From Lingula anatina (Eukaryota > Animalia > Brachiopoda): a DNA stretch of 64,000 nt. This document shows positions 1-14,100 of this stretch, one piece after another. The position numbers and the translations under genes were made by a program. Positions within the stretch are counted from its first letter, which is position 1, and the number at the start of each line of letters is the position of its first letter. The notes beneath the pieces are model-generated. The model was given only the letters and a program-made list of their open reading frames with translations, did no database searches and was not told the DNA's origin. The stretch lies in assembly GCA_051362555.1 (NCBI GenBank), contig CM120647.1, forward strand, positions 2,418,001 to 2,482,000, in the 5' to 3' direction.

Positions 1-231
1 CCACCCCACTTGACACAAGCGAGACACTTGTGATCAAGCATGATACTATAAAGCCGAGATGGCTCGTATCATTCACAATGGCGAGACACCATTGATGAAA
101 ACTCACTAAACAAAAGCGAGACACCTTTGCTTACCTTGGACCTAAGTATGAAAGGTTCTCTTATTATGTCCATGTGCTTACCAACCCCCTACGTCCCAGA
201 ATTTTTCTTTTTTTTTTTTCATCTCGGACTC

Positions 232-280
232 TGCAGCTGATGAAGGCCACTTAATTGTTGACCGAAAAGCGCTTTCTGCA
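232..280 (+). ncRNA. Minimal type-I hammerhead ribozyme motif (Penelope-like element/retrozyme style)
   Basis: TGCAG-CTGATGA-A-GGCCAC(ttaatt)GTTGACC-GAAA-AGCGCTTT-CTGCA. Core boxes CUGAUGA and GAAA; stem I TGCAG/CTGCA; imperfect stem II; palindromic short stem III AAGCGCTT; predicted NUH site at 273-275. Confidence 0.6.
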
Positions 281-1417
281 ACCAGTCCACCCTCCCCCTT
301 CCCTCGACAGGCGAGACGCCTCTATCGTGCCAATCACGAAATGCCCTTTTCAGGGCACCCTATGTAGATCGGTATCTATAAATCTCATACTATGTAGGTG
401 AGACACCTACCTTCCTATCAGAGACGATATTTCCTCATAATAAAAGCGAGAAGCCTAACACACTCTAAGAGTCGCTCTCTACTCTGCACGGAATGTCCTT
501 TTCAGGGCACCCTATATATATATATCAGTGACTATAAATCTCATACCAGGCAGGCGAGACCCCTACCTAACAAAAACACACGTCCTCGGAGGCCCAGCTC
601 TGAATCGTGTTATTTTGGTAAAGTGGAATCTAACAAGGACATTAGCCCACCACCCCCAACACCCACGGTTTAAATTAAAGTGACCAGTACGGCAACCCAC
701 CTGGCTGGGAAACCAGTGTAATGTAGTTGTATATGTAAAGGTATAAAATGATAGAAAAAATGTAGGGGTCAGTAGTCTGTACTCAGACGGAGGGCACTGT
801 ACGCTGGTCTCTAGAAAGCAAAACATGACGTTATGTAAGGTGGTGGAGAGACCTGTGAACCCGAAGTTCCTCTCACTAAGATGCCAAGTGAATGAAATAC
901 TATAGCAGCAGTTAGATACCCCAGCATTCAGCCTTATAAATACAGATAAACCAGGGAAAAATGGATCACTAAGCAGATGAGTGACCTCAGCCACAAGCTG
1001 ATCCCCAAGGACCCAACCTCTAAGGCTTTTATTTATAAACAACTAGGCAGATTGAGAGTGCCACAAGCAATGAGCATACAACATTTCACAAGGAAAAAGA
1101 TATGATCCCGTACGGTGGATAACGCGGTACAAAGGGGTAGGGGGTGGACTCAACTACAATTCATATCAAGTATTAAATAATACAGATTTTGCTCCGCATG
1201 TTACATTAAAACACACCGTAAAGCCATCACATGCAGTAGGCCTACTATCCAGGAACAACCACTGACACCTGTGCCAACTGACCTCAGGGTCGAGTTGCTT
1301 AGAATGTTTAAAAATAGCACAGTGAAGGCAAAATAATTCACCGTTTTATAAAAAAACATTATCAAACTAGTATATTTACTTGAAAATATTTCAGATAATT
1401 TTTTTTGATAAATTTTG

Positions 1418-1590
1418 TTACCATAGATCTTGGTAAAGTGAAGCTGCAAGAGTACTGAGCCTGCAGTATTTGGTCTTAGGGTCAGTCTCAACATGATTGT
1501 GACGATGTCCACAAATTTCATCATATTGTGTTAGTGGAGACATTGATGAAAGATAGTAGTCTGGTTGTAACAAGGGGTTCACGTACGACC
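1418..1590 (-). other. Terminal-exon-like cassette, copy A (intact): (G)SYVNPLLQPDYYLSSMSPLTQYDEICGHRHNHVETDPKTKYCRLSTLAASLYQDLW*
   Basis: ttgcttgtcAG acceptor at 1592-1591, 173-nt phase-1 open frame ending in TAA. Same length and phase as copy E at 28685-28857. No upstream exons identified. Confidence 0.45.
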
Positions 1591-2957
1591 CTGACAAGCA
1601 ATGTGAAGATAAATTTTCCTAATCCATGATGTTTAATTTTTTCTAGGTTTTCCCAGAACAAATCAGTGTGGTTTACTTTAACATTATATCACACACTTGG
1701 CCTTAAATTAGAACATTTATAATGGGGATAGGGGAAGGAAATTGCTCATTGCATGAAGATGCAACAATGATCTATCCACCATTGTGTAGCGAAAGGGTTT
1801 CTTTACAGATATATGTAATGTTTTAAAGCAAATAGTAATAATGGGCTCCATTTGTCTATGCGTTCGGACCAGTTTACCACAGTGATTTCCTTCCTAATGT
1901 GGGCGCAGTGAGAAAGTTCGTTAAAAGCAGCGCACGGCACCCACAGCTGTCTGTAGGCCTATTATACGCTTCGGGTGGATTGGAGATTAAATGGGCCTAC
2001 ATGTAGAACTGTATAGTGTGTTAATATTATAGGCCTACATGTAGAACTGCACTTGTGCGTGTTTTATAGAGATAGAGAAATCTTGTCATGAATATCAAAT
2101 TAAAACTTGTCTTTTAAAATGTGAAACAGGGTAAATTTGTAAAACGTGCCGGTCTTCATGAGTCACCAGTGGTAGACTGTTTATAGGGGCAGCCAGGACG
2201 GCCTGTGAACAAAAAGCTTGGTAATTTGTATCACTGGCAACAGTACCGCGGGTGTCGTTTTGGGAAGGTTTACGAGAAATTAATGTAATAGGCCTACGCC
2301 TCTGTGAATCAATTTTGGGCATCGTTCGATATAGGACAATGGTCATCAAACAAGATAAACTTCCTGTCCTTTTAAATAATGTACAATGTTTATAAAATCA
2401 AATTCCTTTCAACCAAAATATTATCAATATATATTTGAACTAAAAATCAAAAGATCTAGGCCGAAATAGCTTGAACGTAGCGCTGAACTAGGATGCGCTT
2501 GATGTGCCCCGATTCTCCTCCGATATAGTGTGTTAGTTGTGACAGATAGATCTATGTTGATTGCGTTTTCACTGCGGGGTCTTCTTTTTTCACCAAGATA
2601 CTTGTTCATATGGATCGGAATTATATTCTCAAGCATTTCGCACGTTATGGATTACACCTAGGAATATTTACGACCTAAGAAAATGTAATCTTCTCCCATT
2701 CTATCGCCACTGGCACCTCGCCTTACATATGCAAAGATTCAGTGAAGATTATTTTGGGATTGGAAAGAGCGGAAATCATGTAGTCATGTAGTTTTACAAG
2801 TTAACAATCGAAAAGGAGTGCATTTTAGTTTATTGGGTAAGTATAAAGACTATTTGCTTCCCTTCTGATAAATGCTCTAAGACTTCTGGTTTGTGATAAC
2901 AGATAAATCTTATCTACATTCGTGTCTTTCATTTTTATCCTACAAAACCATAGATCT

Positions 2958-3229
2958 CAGGGGCGGATCCAGGATTATTTGAAGGGGGGGGGGATGTGAA
3001 GCTGCCCCCCCCCCCCCCCCCCCCCGATGTGGGGTTTGGAGCCTACTGGAGGGCCCCGAAATTTTTGGTAATTTAGAGGGCGAGCGGTGTCATTGATAAG
3101 ATTTAGAACAATATAATTCAGCTAGTCAAACTTCTAATTTCAAGAGCCTGGAGGGGACTGTTGGTGTGATTTTTTTCAGAAATCGAAGGGGGTCAGGACC
3201 CCCCCCCACCCCATCAAATCTGCTACTGG
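2958..3229 (+). mobile_element. MITE of the CAGGGGCGGATCCAGG family (other copies ~14640-14740, 29474-29718, 42431-42671, 59988-60282)
   Basis: Shared ends (CAGGGGCGGATCCAGG ... ATC(C/T)GC(C/T)ACTG) and shared internal sequence across at least four dispersed copies in both orientations. Confidence 0.6.
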
Positions 3230-3587
3230 ATCTAATCAACATAAAACGGTGGTTCAGTCATCCATATTTTTCCCGAAGTCAAATTTCGTCTTCCGGGAGA
3301 CATTTATTTGGCTTAATTGCATGGACACCAGACAGAATTGAGTAGACATTGATATATATGAGTGGGTCACATTCCTAGAAAACTTTATATCTGGTTTTCT
3401 TAGAATGTGTTTCCATAGTAACAAAGCTTACATGGATACTCATCTGTTGCTGCATTATTGTCAAATAAGGCATTATGGGCTATTTTAAAATTTTGAATGA
3501 AATAGATATTTTGTTAAAAATGCTGCAAGGTAAAACTCGTAGACTAACGTTGTTTAATCTTCCCAAAAGGTTTTTCATAATTGCAAA

Positions 3588-3622
<35 letters not shown>

Positions 3623-4247
3623 ATTAGAGTAAATAAAGATTAATTTGTTTTAAAAGAAGTGAAAATTAAAAGGTAAAAATATAGCTAAAAATGCCAGGGT
3701 GTAACACTTTTTAGCTGCAATTTATTTTAACTTTTTAAAAGTCACATTATTTAAAAACTGTCCATGGTATTTGTTTAACTTATTGCTTGTAGGGATTCTC
3801 CCCCCCCCCCCAGCACCCCCCCCCCCAAAGGAAAAAAAAATTCTTGGGGCAAGGTGAAATTTTCTCATATTCACTAACTGCTACTTGACCCATCTCTAGA
3901 CTTATATTTGATGTTTTATTCCATTTTTAATTTAAATGACTGGCCAGTGAAATAGAACAACAGCATCTACTGTCACAAGCATTGCTTAGTTTTTACACAA
4001 GAAAGTAGGTTGTTAAGTATAGCAGCCCTGGACCATGTATAATTATAGACCTTGCAATGGCAACCTGATGAGGCTTACAAAACAAGGCAGCAAAGCTGCC
4101 AAATGTACAGACAAAAAAACAGAAAATAAAGATGCAAAATAGGTCATTTTGTCAATTTTGATGCAATAATAAATAATGTTTATAATAGCACAGTCAGTCA
4201 ACACTGAATTTTAATCATGCACAAGAGGTAACATGGTCAATAACAGG

Positions 4248-4400
4248 AGCAGATCCAGGGATATTTTCTGACAGTACCCCAAAGTATCTTTGTTGATTCA
4301 TCCTCCATTTTTGATGGTCTTACAACAGAAAAAAAATAGATACCGGTCAATATAAACTTAAAAACCTGACCGTCTTCCGGAAGACCCAGAAGATGATCTC
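4248..4400. repeat. Dispersed repeat with an inverted copy at ~15265-15410
   Basis: TGACCGTCTTCCGGAAGACCCAGAAGAT and its flanks recur as the reverse complement from 15265. Confidence 0.55.
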
Positions 4401-5687
4401 AATCCACCCTTTTAAGAAGATTACAGTTTTAGGCCCATGAGAGTTCAAATTCACATGATGAAAGTCCCAATATTTGAAAAATGGTGACAGTGCATAAAAT
4501 ACTATTTACATAATGTTTAAAGACATAAATACCAATACAACTGCTTATGTGGAACTACAGAAAATGTGCAGAGCCTCAGGTGGATGGGAGTTAAAGGTCA
4601 CATCTTAAAAATGCCAGTGTTTGAGAAAAAATTAAAAAGAAAACATTAAAATATAATTCCGATGAAGCTGCTTAACTTTAAATCTTGGAGTTTGATATAT
4701 ATATACTGTATATATATATATTGAAAACTTATTTGCAATATTAAACAAAATTTACATGCATAATTATCACTGCTTCCCTATTATGGACACTGTAATCTAG
4801 CAGAGCTTAACCTTTGGGAGTTTACAGGGGAATATCAACAAGAGTTGTAATATGTAAACTCATTTAATGGCCACTTAATTAGGCAAATTACTTAATAGCT
4901 CTGAACTTAGCCTAGTGATTATCTAAGGGGAATTTACAGACTGACCACACAGATTTGTCTAGAAAAGGTCTTCAGGCCCATAAGTCACATCTTAAGAAAA
5001 GCAGAAAATAATAATGCACAAAATAGGAGACTGCCAATTCTGATGCAATAATACATTATGATTAACTGCACAGTCAACATCAAAATTTAATTATATATAT
5101 ATTAATTATATATTCATATATATATATATGAAAGTAAAAGCATAAGGCTTCAGGCCCATCAGAGTTCAAGTTTACACTTAGAAAGTGCCAGAATGAGAAA
5201 AATGAAAATTTGACAAAAAATGCATAAATTTAATAAAAATGATAATCCAATAGAGCTGGTTTTCTAATATGAGCTGTATGTCAATCCTAAGAATCATTCT
5301 TGTAAGACTAGTTAAGAAATAGTAAGTAATACAGTTTACTTTCCATAACGTTAATGGTGGCAGTGCACAAAGTAGGTTTTTTGTCAATTTTGATGCAACT
5401 ACATTGAAAATTCCAATATGTGAAAGATAAAAATGTTCACAAAGTGAAAAAACAGCATCACTTTCATAAAAATAGCCCAATCATGCTGATTTTTAAACTT
5501 GACCTGTGTATCATATATATTCATCAGTTCTGTAATTTTCAAGCCTAAAGAAAAAATGGTTTTCCACTTATTGTGTTATTGGTAAAAGTGCACGGCAGCA
5601 ATGACAGACACAGGTGACTGCTACTGGTATATGTACAGACACATCTGTACAGACAAAAAACAGAAAATCTCTGTCTGTATCTGTACA

Positions 5688-7052
5688 TAATAATAATAAT
5701 GACACTAGGTATGCTTCAAATAAACTTTTGATCTAATTTTTTATGAAATGTAACTGTTGCATGATGATGACTAAAAAAGTTTTTAAATTCTTCTTAAAAC
5801 AGTAATATGAGTCATCCAGAGACACATTATATCTTGTGATAAAATTAGACCATAAAATCGGTGCACAAATCTCGAAACTTCTGTGTCCATATGTTTTAAG
5901 AGTCTTTTTGGTGTCTTTTCGCTTAAGTTGAAGTTGTCCACTAGATCGAAGTGATCTGGTAGGAGTTAAAAGTTCTGTGGTAGAATTTAAGTAAAATGGA
6001 CAGTTGCCCTTTAAAATCTTAAAAGTCAAAAGTTATATTTTAAAAACTATTCGTTGAGACACGGGTAGCCAGTGGAGGTTTCGCAGAATTGGTGTGATGT
6101 GGTCGGACTTCTGAGCTTTACAGAGGAGACGAGCAGCAGAGTTCTGAATTGATTGTAGCTTTTCCATTTGATAGTAAGGTATTCCAAACAATAGGCTATT
6201 GCGATAATCCAGTCTAGAGGTTACAAATGCAGGGATGAGTAATTAAGTTTGCTTGGTGTTAATAAGGTGAAAGATCTTGGATATCCGTTGGAGACTAAAA
6301 TATGCTGTTTTACATACTTTGTTAATGTGTGATGTCATTTCACATTTGTTATTAAAAATAACACCCAAGTTCCTTACTTCTGTTGGTTTTATAAAGAATC
6401 CCCAACTCTAATACTATCAAGTGCAGTATTGTCTTTGGAAAACTTAGAGTTGAAATGGACTAATTCAGTTTTTTCATCATTAAAAACTAAGTAGTTGGAC
6501 TTGAGCCAAGATCTAAGTTCATTCACACAAGCCTCAATAGTTGCTTTTTCATCACAAGGATTTTCACATATAACATATATCTGGGAATCATCTGCATACA
6601 ACATCAAATTGAAACCAAACTGAGCAACTATATCCTCAGTTGGTGAGGTGTAGAGTGTAAACAGTATAGGACCAAGCACGGAGCCTTGTGGCACACCATA
6701 AAGTAATTTGCTTAATTTTGAAATAGAAGAGCCTATGCGTACATGTTGCTCGCGTCCAGTTAGATAAGACCGAAACCAGGAGAGAACTGTCCCAGTTATC
6801 CCAAACCGATGTGCAAGTCGTTGGAGCAATATGTCGTGATCGAGAGTATCGAAAGCTGCTGATAGATCAAGAAGAATCAATATCACATGTTTCTGATCAT
6901 TCAGGGCTTGGAGAATGTCATTCTGCACCTTAAGAAGGGCTGTTTCTGTACTGTGGTTTGGTCTATATGCAGACTGGCATTTTGCATATAAGGAAAAGCT
7001 GCTCAAATAGTCATTTAATTGGCTTTCAACAATATGTTCCAGGAGTTTGGAA
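5688..7052 (-). mobile_element. 5'-truncated, frameshifted non-LTR retrotransposon (L2/CR1-group LINE), RT and ORF2 C-terminus
   Basis: SNLSFLSKLLE, QSAYRPNHSTETALL, LLDLSAAFDT, GVPQGSVLGP, YADD, then LHWLPV and RSLRS...YGHRSF..APILW across frameshifts; ends in an (ATT)n tail at ~5688-5701. Confidence 0.9.
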
Positions 7053-7369
7053 AGAAATGACAGATTTGATTTCGAACTTAATTGACCTGCATTTTAGTAA
7101 GATTGAGTACTCCTGTACACAGATGTGTTTGTACATACTGCCGTCACCTGCATCTGTCATCGCCGTCGTCACCGTCGCCGTGCACTTTCAGCATAAACAC
7201 GATAAGTGGAAGACAATTTTACTTTTTGGCTCAATATTTACAGAGCTGATGAATATTCATAAAACGCAGTTATGCTTTTTTTTCACTATTCAGCATATAT
7301 TCAACACTGTAAACACATTTCAAGGCAAACCGATATGCCTGTTGTCATGAAACTCACATTTCATTTGAC

Positions 7370-8380
7370 ATAGTCATCTGATAAGCTAATCACAGATTTT
7401 TATTGTTGTTATACATCATTTGTACAAATTTCACAAATATTGGAATAGATTTGTCAAAATTATTAACGTTTAACTTTTTTAAACCATGGAAATTGCCACT
7501 CTTTTCAATGTAATTTTCAATTTTCTCAAATATATTGGGTGAAAAAATCTTTTTAATTGGACATAGTCAACTGATAAGCTTATCACAGATAAGCCATTTA
7601 ATTGTAGTATGTTCAATTCCAGGTGACCCTTTCCATACAGCATGGCTGCTTCTTCTTCTCAACTGACACTTCCTGTCTGGTCATGGCTATTTCCTTTAGA
7701 AAAAGCCGGCAGTGAAAGACAGCAGCAAGAGCTAGTCCATGTCTCATCCATGTGTACAATACATGGTATGTGGCAAGCTTTAGTACATTGTCAAATGGTG
7801 TGCTAAACCTGATGCCAGAAACCCATTGTAAGGAGGAATCTGCATCTGGTATTGGTAGTAAGGAGAAGTCTTGAATGTGCATATGTTGTTTTCCAAATGA
7901 CAATTATATGTAATTTGCCACTTCTTACACAAACGAACTCAAATCATAACATTTGATGTTTCATTTGAGATTAAATGATATATTGAAAAATTGGAAAATT
8001 TGTTTGTAGCAGTTCACGTTTCTCACACAAATTGCCAATAAACTACACTTCTATTTCACACAGTCAACTGATAAGCTTATCGTAGAATTTTATTGTTGTT
8101 ATGCATCATTTGTACAGTTTTCACAAATATTGGAATAGGTTTGTCAAAGTTATTAAAGTTTTACTACTATAAGCCTTGTACAATTCTAGTCTTTTCAATT
8201 CCAGGTGATCCTTTCCGTACAGCATGGTTGCTTCTTGGTGAACTGACACTTCCTGTCTGGTCATGGCTAATTCCTTTAGAAAAAGTAGGCAGTGAAAGAC
8301 AGCAGTAAGAGCAAGGCATGTCTCATCCATGTGTACAATACATGTTTTGTGGAAAGATTCAGGACATTGTCAAATGGTCA
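7370..8380. repeat. Local tandem duplication
   Basis: 7613-7800 closely matches 8196-8378; AGTCA(A/T)CTGATAAGCT blocks at ~7372, 7565 and 8062. Confidence 0.6.
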
Positions 8381-9408
8381 TTGTCAACTGAATAGAGGTT
8401 TAAGTTTTAAAAAGGGGTGGGAAAAGAATGATTTGTCTCAATTTACTGAATTTATGTAAGATGTAAGTATGATTTATATAATTTTGTGGGACATATAGGT
8501 TATAAACGTCATGTAAGATGGAAGCATGTATAAGTAAATTAGTCAAATATCCAATGATGTCTAATTTGAAGCATTTTAGGAAAATAGGGCAAAAAATTAA
8601 TTTAATATGATAATTTGAACCTAGAATATGGAATTTTTAGGGTAATTTTTTATTATATGTTCTACATTTCATTGATTTAATATTTTTAAAAAATTATTTT
8701 AAAAAGTAGGTGTAATCTGTGACTGAAACAAGTACTGAAGGGTTGCTCAGTTCAATTGTAAAAAAATTGTGAGAGGAAAAGGACATCAATCACAGTAGGA
8801 TATTTAAGTAAGATATAACTTTAATTCATATATCATTGTGTAGCTTAAAGGGTTGCTCCAAACATAACTAAAAATGACGTGTTAATTGAATCATGTCTAA
8901 GCAAAAATGGGGTCAATATATGGCATTTGGTCAATTTTGAAATTTTTTAAGGAAAGTAATCCAATCAAGATTATTTGCTATAGAGAATTTTAGGCTAGAC
9001 ATTTGTCTAGGAATATGTTTGGTTAAGTCAATCTAGAAAAAATGTAGGGAGTTCTGTTCTACTGCTGAAGAAAGGGGTCAAATAGGTAAAAATCAACATC
9101 ATTTCATATTTAATACAATGATTAAAATGATATACATACTATATACTTCTACATGTCAGATTAAAACACACTGTCAGGCCCTTACATCTACTTAGTATGA
9201 ATGATTGGTCACTGTGTCTTCCTTCATGACCTATACGCAATAACAATTGCTGACACCTGTGCCATATGAACTCACTGTGGAGTTGATAAGATTGTTTTAA
9301 AGTAGTAAAGTGAAGGCAAAATAATTCACTGTTTTATTAAAAACATTGTCAAACTACTGTGATTACTTGAAAATGTTTCTTAATAAATTTGATAAAATTT
9401 ATTTCAAT

Positions 9409-9572
9409 AGTTCCTTTATATGTGAAGCTGCAAAGAGCTGAGGCTGCAGTATTTGGTCTTAGGGACAGTCTCAACATGATTGTGACGATGTCCACAAATT
9501 TCATCATATTGTGCTAGTGGAGACAGTGATGAAAGATAGTAGTCTGGTTGGAACAAGGGGTCCACGTACAAC
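9409..9572 (-). pseudogene. Terminal-exon-like cassette, copy B (disabled)
   Basis: Same LFQPDYYLSSLSPLAQYDEICGHRHNHVET core, but 1 nt shorter after the acceptor and with a 1-nt deletion near the end. Confidence 0.45.
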
Positions 9573-10249
9573 CTGTGACAAACAATATGAAGATATATCT
9601 TCTTAATCCATGATACTTAATTTTTTTTTTTTTTGGTTTTTCCCAGAACAAATCAATGTTCCATGGAGGTTTATTTTAATGTTATGTCACACACTGTGCC
9701 TTAAATTGGAGCATGTAAAAATTGGGGTAGCAGAAGGAAATTGTTCAAATTTGGCATTTTGAGAAGATGCAGTTACTAAAGAGCTAGTTAAAGGGATAAT
9801 AACTCTTCATTCAAAAAATGAATTTTCCTGGAGTAAGCAACAATTTTCCCATACTTACCAATGGTTAATGAATCCATTTTTACATTCAAAGTTAGTCCCT
9901 GTTTTTTTTCTAAAAAGTTTGTTATATATAAGTTATTAAATAAATGCTATTTAAGATTGAATTACACTGAAATAGATAAGGGTGAAGTACCAAATTAGTT
10001 CAGATTTGGGGCATTTTCAGGGAATTGTACTAATATATATATATATATATATATATATGTATAAATGATTGGTAATTGACTTTTTGCCTGAAATGGAATG
10101 CACGAACAAATTGTGCAAACTGAATTCACAAGCAAGTTGCTAAAAATGTTTTAAAATAGCAAAGAGAAGGCAAAATAATTTTATTAAAAATATCATCAAA
10201 CTAGTATGATTACTTGAAAATGTTTATGTGTGAAATTTGACAAGTTTTA

Positions 10250-10375
10250 TTGTAATAGATCTTGGAAAAGTGAAGCTGCAAAAGTACTGGGGCCGCAGTA
10301 TTTGGTCTTAGGGTCAGTCTCAACATGATTGTGCTAGTGGGGACAGTAATGAAAGATAGTAGTCTGGTTGGAACA
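10250..10375 (-). pseudogene. Terminal-exon-like cassette, copy C (internally deleted; split by an insertion, remainder resumes at 17621)
   Basis: Cassette sequence stops at TCTGGTTGGAACA (10363-10375) and resumes with the same 13-mer at 17621-17633. Confidence 0.5.
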
Positions 10376-11154
10376 TGAAATTATATCAGAGTGGAAACGG
10401 GTGGCGGATTATCGCTGTGTTTGTTATGGGGCAGGACAAAGTGTATGAGTGACAGGCCAAAGCGACAGGGGGGGAGGGGGATCACCTGTTGAAATCCACA
10501 GGGTAGTCGGTTAACTTGCAAGAATACGCGAGAACAAACCATAACTTAATCTGTTGTGCTGGTACGCGGAAACTGCGAAAACCACAGAAAAAATACTAAT
10601 ACTCCTAAATTATTGACAAGTTAATTCAAAATTTGGATAACTGAGACTACATCACACACATTATGATCTTTATCACAGATTCTTCAATGAATTGACTATG
10701 TAAAAGCGGAGTTTTCGACACTGATGACCTACCAAAATTATTTGGTTTACCTTCGACATGTATAAACAACAGTGTCCCCTCAGGCCCATTAGGTGCCCTC
10801 TCAGGTAGTAGATAACAGCACAGATTACTTATGTGCTTATATAGTACATATAGTAGAAATTGAAAATATTCACATAGTAGAAATAACAAGTTTTTTTTTT
10901 TTGATCAGAAGTTAAAATACAAATCAATGCTTGTAAATAGTTTTGTTATCAATACATGTGAAAACGTAGGTCTATTTGTTTGTGATAAGTATGCATAATC
11001 AAAATAACAATGCAATTTACATGGTTTTCTTAAGAATCATTATATGTCAGTGGAGAGTAAATGTCGATGGGCAAGTACTAGTAAGGCCGTTCTCTTGCAC
11101 AATGTAGACTGGTAGGCTATATGCAAATTGACTTCTTTACATATCATATTTAAC

Positions 11155-14100
11155 AGACGTCTGTTAAGATACTTCATGGTATATTACCACTTCATAGGAT
11201 AAGAATTACTACTTCATGATAGAAGGCAACTTCATTGGTTAAAAAATAAGGACCCTTAGGAGACTTCGTAGTATATTACCACTTCATGGTACATTGTATC
11301 CAAACATGTTTCAGTTCTGGTTGGATGTGGAAATTAGGCGTAAAGGTCGATATGAAGTTTCATTCTAGACCATGATTTCCAGAGTGACGCGTGTATTTGA
11401 AATGGTGTGTGTGTGTGTGTGTGTGTGTAGGGGGGGGGGTGACATTACTCACTCTCATGATAGTGCGTATTTTATCGCGTTGGAGTTTAATGAAGCTGTT
11501 ATTTTCAGATGTTCTCGTAGATACCCGTGAGATTAACTTCTATAAATAATGTAATTTATTTCAAGAGCTCCGGTCCAGTGATGGAAAGCATAAAGCTAGT
11601 TTTTTGTTTTACCCATTTAGTTTTGAGATTTTTCAGATTTCAGGACGATTAAAAACTGACAATATTTGGACGTTGAATCATGGCGGGTCTAAGGCACTAT
11701 ATGTATAAGACAAACGAAGTGTATAAATAAACACATTGCCTGCCTTTAAACTAGGGCATAAAACTGACCACGTGTGGTTTGATTGACGGCGCAGGTTTAT
11801 AGATGTGGCTAGTACACGTACAGTAGCAAGAATGTATGTCTTTCCACTGTAGGTAGAGAACTCTACTAGGCAGAGAGGTTTTAATTTTGCTCCACACTAG
11901 GTGTACATTAATATCTTTAACAAACCGTCTATTCCATTACTCGTGTCATAGAAGTATCTCTTTTGTAACTGACATAAATGTTATGACTTGCAATAACAAG
12001 CTGTAAAAATAGGCTTTTCTATTGATATGCAACATAAATGTTTCGAAAATATCTCGGTCGTTTAAAAAGGATTGACCTCCTGACCTATATACTTAATGAA
12101 AACGCTTAGGTCGGAAAGTCTGAAATCTGAATGATTTGAAACGGTCAACTGTCCAGATAGATGTTGGGGAGAATGAAATGCTGGGGATTCATAAAACTGG
12201 TGTAGAGCCGCATTTTGCAACTGCAACGCATTTTGCAACCAAAGAAAATCGTGAAAACGAATTTTTCAACTGGAACGCATTTTGCAACCAGAATTTTTTC
12301 TTAGTCAATAAATAGCTAGTGTGAAGTTTTATAGAGGTAGAATTGGAATGTCTCGGCTAGGTACGCTTACATTGGTCAAGCTTTCCCTGTGGTGGACAAT
12401 TTATTATATACATGCATAATCTATTTCACATTGTTACTTCCTAAACCATCATAGTTAGGAACTTTATACGTCGGGGATTAATAAACCTATCATTATAGGA
12501 ATTTGCAAAGGCTCTTCGGAATTCAATTGTGACTTGGGGTGTGGTCGACCCTGGGGGTGGTCTATTCTAATTTTTACATCGTATTTTATGCTAGGAACAT
12601 GAAACGTGGCTACATACTATTTTGAATGTGGAAGGGTACTTCGGATTTTTTTTTTTTTGGGGGGGGGGGGGGGGGTCCTGGGGGCGGTTGAGTCTAATTG
12701 ACATTGTTATTCCTGCTATATCTATCCTTAGACCAATAAAGCTGGGAACGTAAGGCTATGGGGATTGAAAAATCTGTCTTTGGGGATGTGTATGGGTCCT
12801 TCTGGGGTTTTGTGACATTGGGTGTGGCCGTCCCTGGGGAGGTTGATTTTAAATTTTACATCGTTATTCGTGCTTCTACCCTTATGCCATTACAGTTGGG
12901 AACATGAAACCTTCCGGGCTGATAAGCTTACCATTGAGGATATGCATAGGTTTCCGGGAATGTTAGTATGATATTTCAGGTGTGGCTATCCCGGGGGGTG
13001 GTTGATTCTATTCTTCGCAACTTTATTTCTGCCATCTATACCCTTAAATTTTAAGGAACATGAAACGGAGATTGATGAACCAGTCATTTTAATGAATGTG
13101 CATGGGTCCTTGAGAAATGTAGAGAACAGCAGAAGCACATACAGAACTAAATGGACTTCCAGCCATATATGCATAAATATAGGTCAGGGAATCCAATTAA
13201 AAACTAATTCAAGGCCCCTCACACTCGATCAGGAATCCTAGCGTTTAACTGCTGTTGTGTCTTAACACAAAACAAAAATGTTTATTTCCCAAGAGCAATA
13301 CTTAACATGTGTGTTTTATGTTAAAGAACAATGGGACTTGGACCCTAGGATTCCTGAGAGTATGGGGTCTTGAATGGGTTTTAATTAACTTGACCTATAT
13401 TCAAGAATACGACTGAAGGTCTGTTATTTAGTACTGTCTGCTGCTTTCTCTACATTTCCCCTTCCTTCCTAACTCAAAGACCGCCATCAGATTCACACAT
13501 AGGATGTAGTACTAGCTGGGTCGGTCCAACTCTGCAAGGAATCTTAAGTGCAATCTATGGAATCAGCTTCATTGCCTGACAAACTACTAATCACTCCACC
13601 CCCTAGGGACGGCCACACCCCAAGTCACACTAATGTGGCCCACCCATGCACCAAAGACTCATGTTCCTAATTCGAATGGTCTAGGGGGAGATGAAATAAA
13701 TTACGGTAATATATGTGTACCATCCCCAGGGACAGCCACACCCCAGGTCCCCAAAAAAAAAAAAAAAAAAAAAAACTACCTATGCACACCCCGACATTTT
13801 AGTTTCCTCAACCTAAAGACCTATGGGTATATAGCAGAAAATACAATTTAAAGATAATAATCAACCACTCTTAGGTCACCAAAGTCACCAAAAATCCGAA
13901 GGACACGTGCACATCCCTAATGGCAAGTTTAAATATCCCCAACGTCTCATGTTCCTCACTTTAATGGATAGAGGATACCAGTAACAATGATATAAAAAGT
14001 ATATACCCCCCCCCCCCCCCCAAAGGACTGCAAAGTCCCACTACTAAAGGTCTACGGGTAGATAGCAGAAATTACGATGTAAAAATTACAATCAACCACA

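Noticed and set aside
563-1042. 159-aa minus-strand ORF
   Set aside because: No recognisable domain or splice support; non-ATG start; lies in repeat-like sequence.
4057-4102. Second hammerhead-like motif (CCTGATGAGGCTT...AAGGC)
   Set aside because: The GAAA core box is missing; at best a decayed relic.
7613-8330. Duplicated ORFs (LALAAVFHC..FLKE.AMTRQEVSV) as TM exons feeding the Tyr-tail cassette
   Set aside because: Frames differ between the copies and no convincing splice sites were found.
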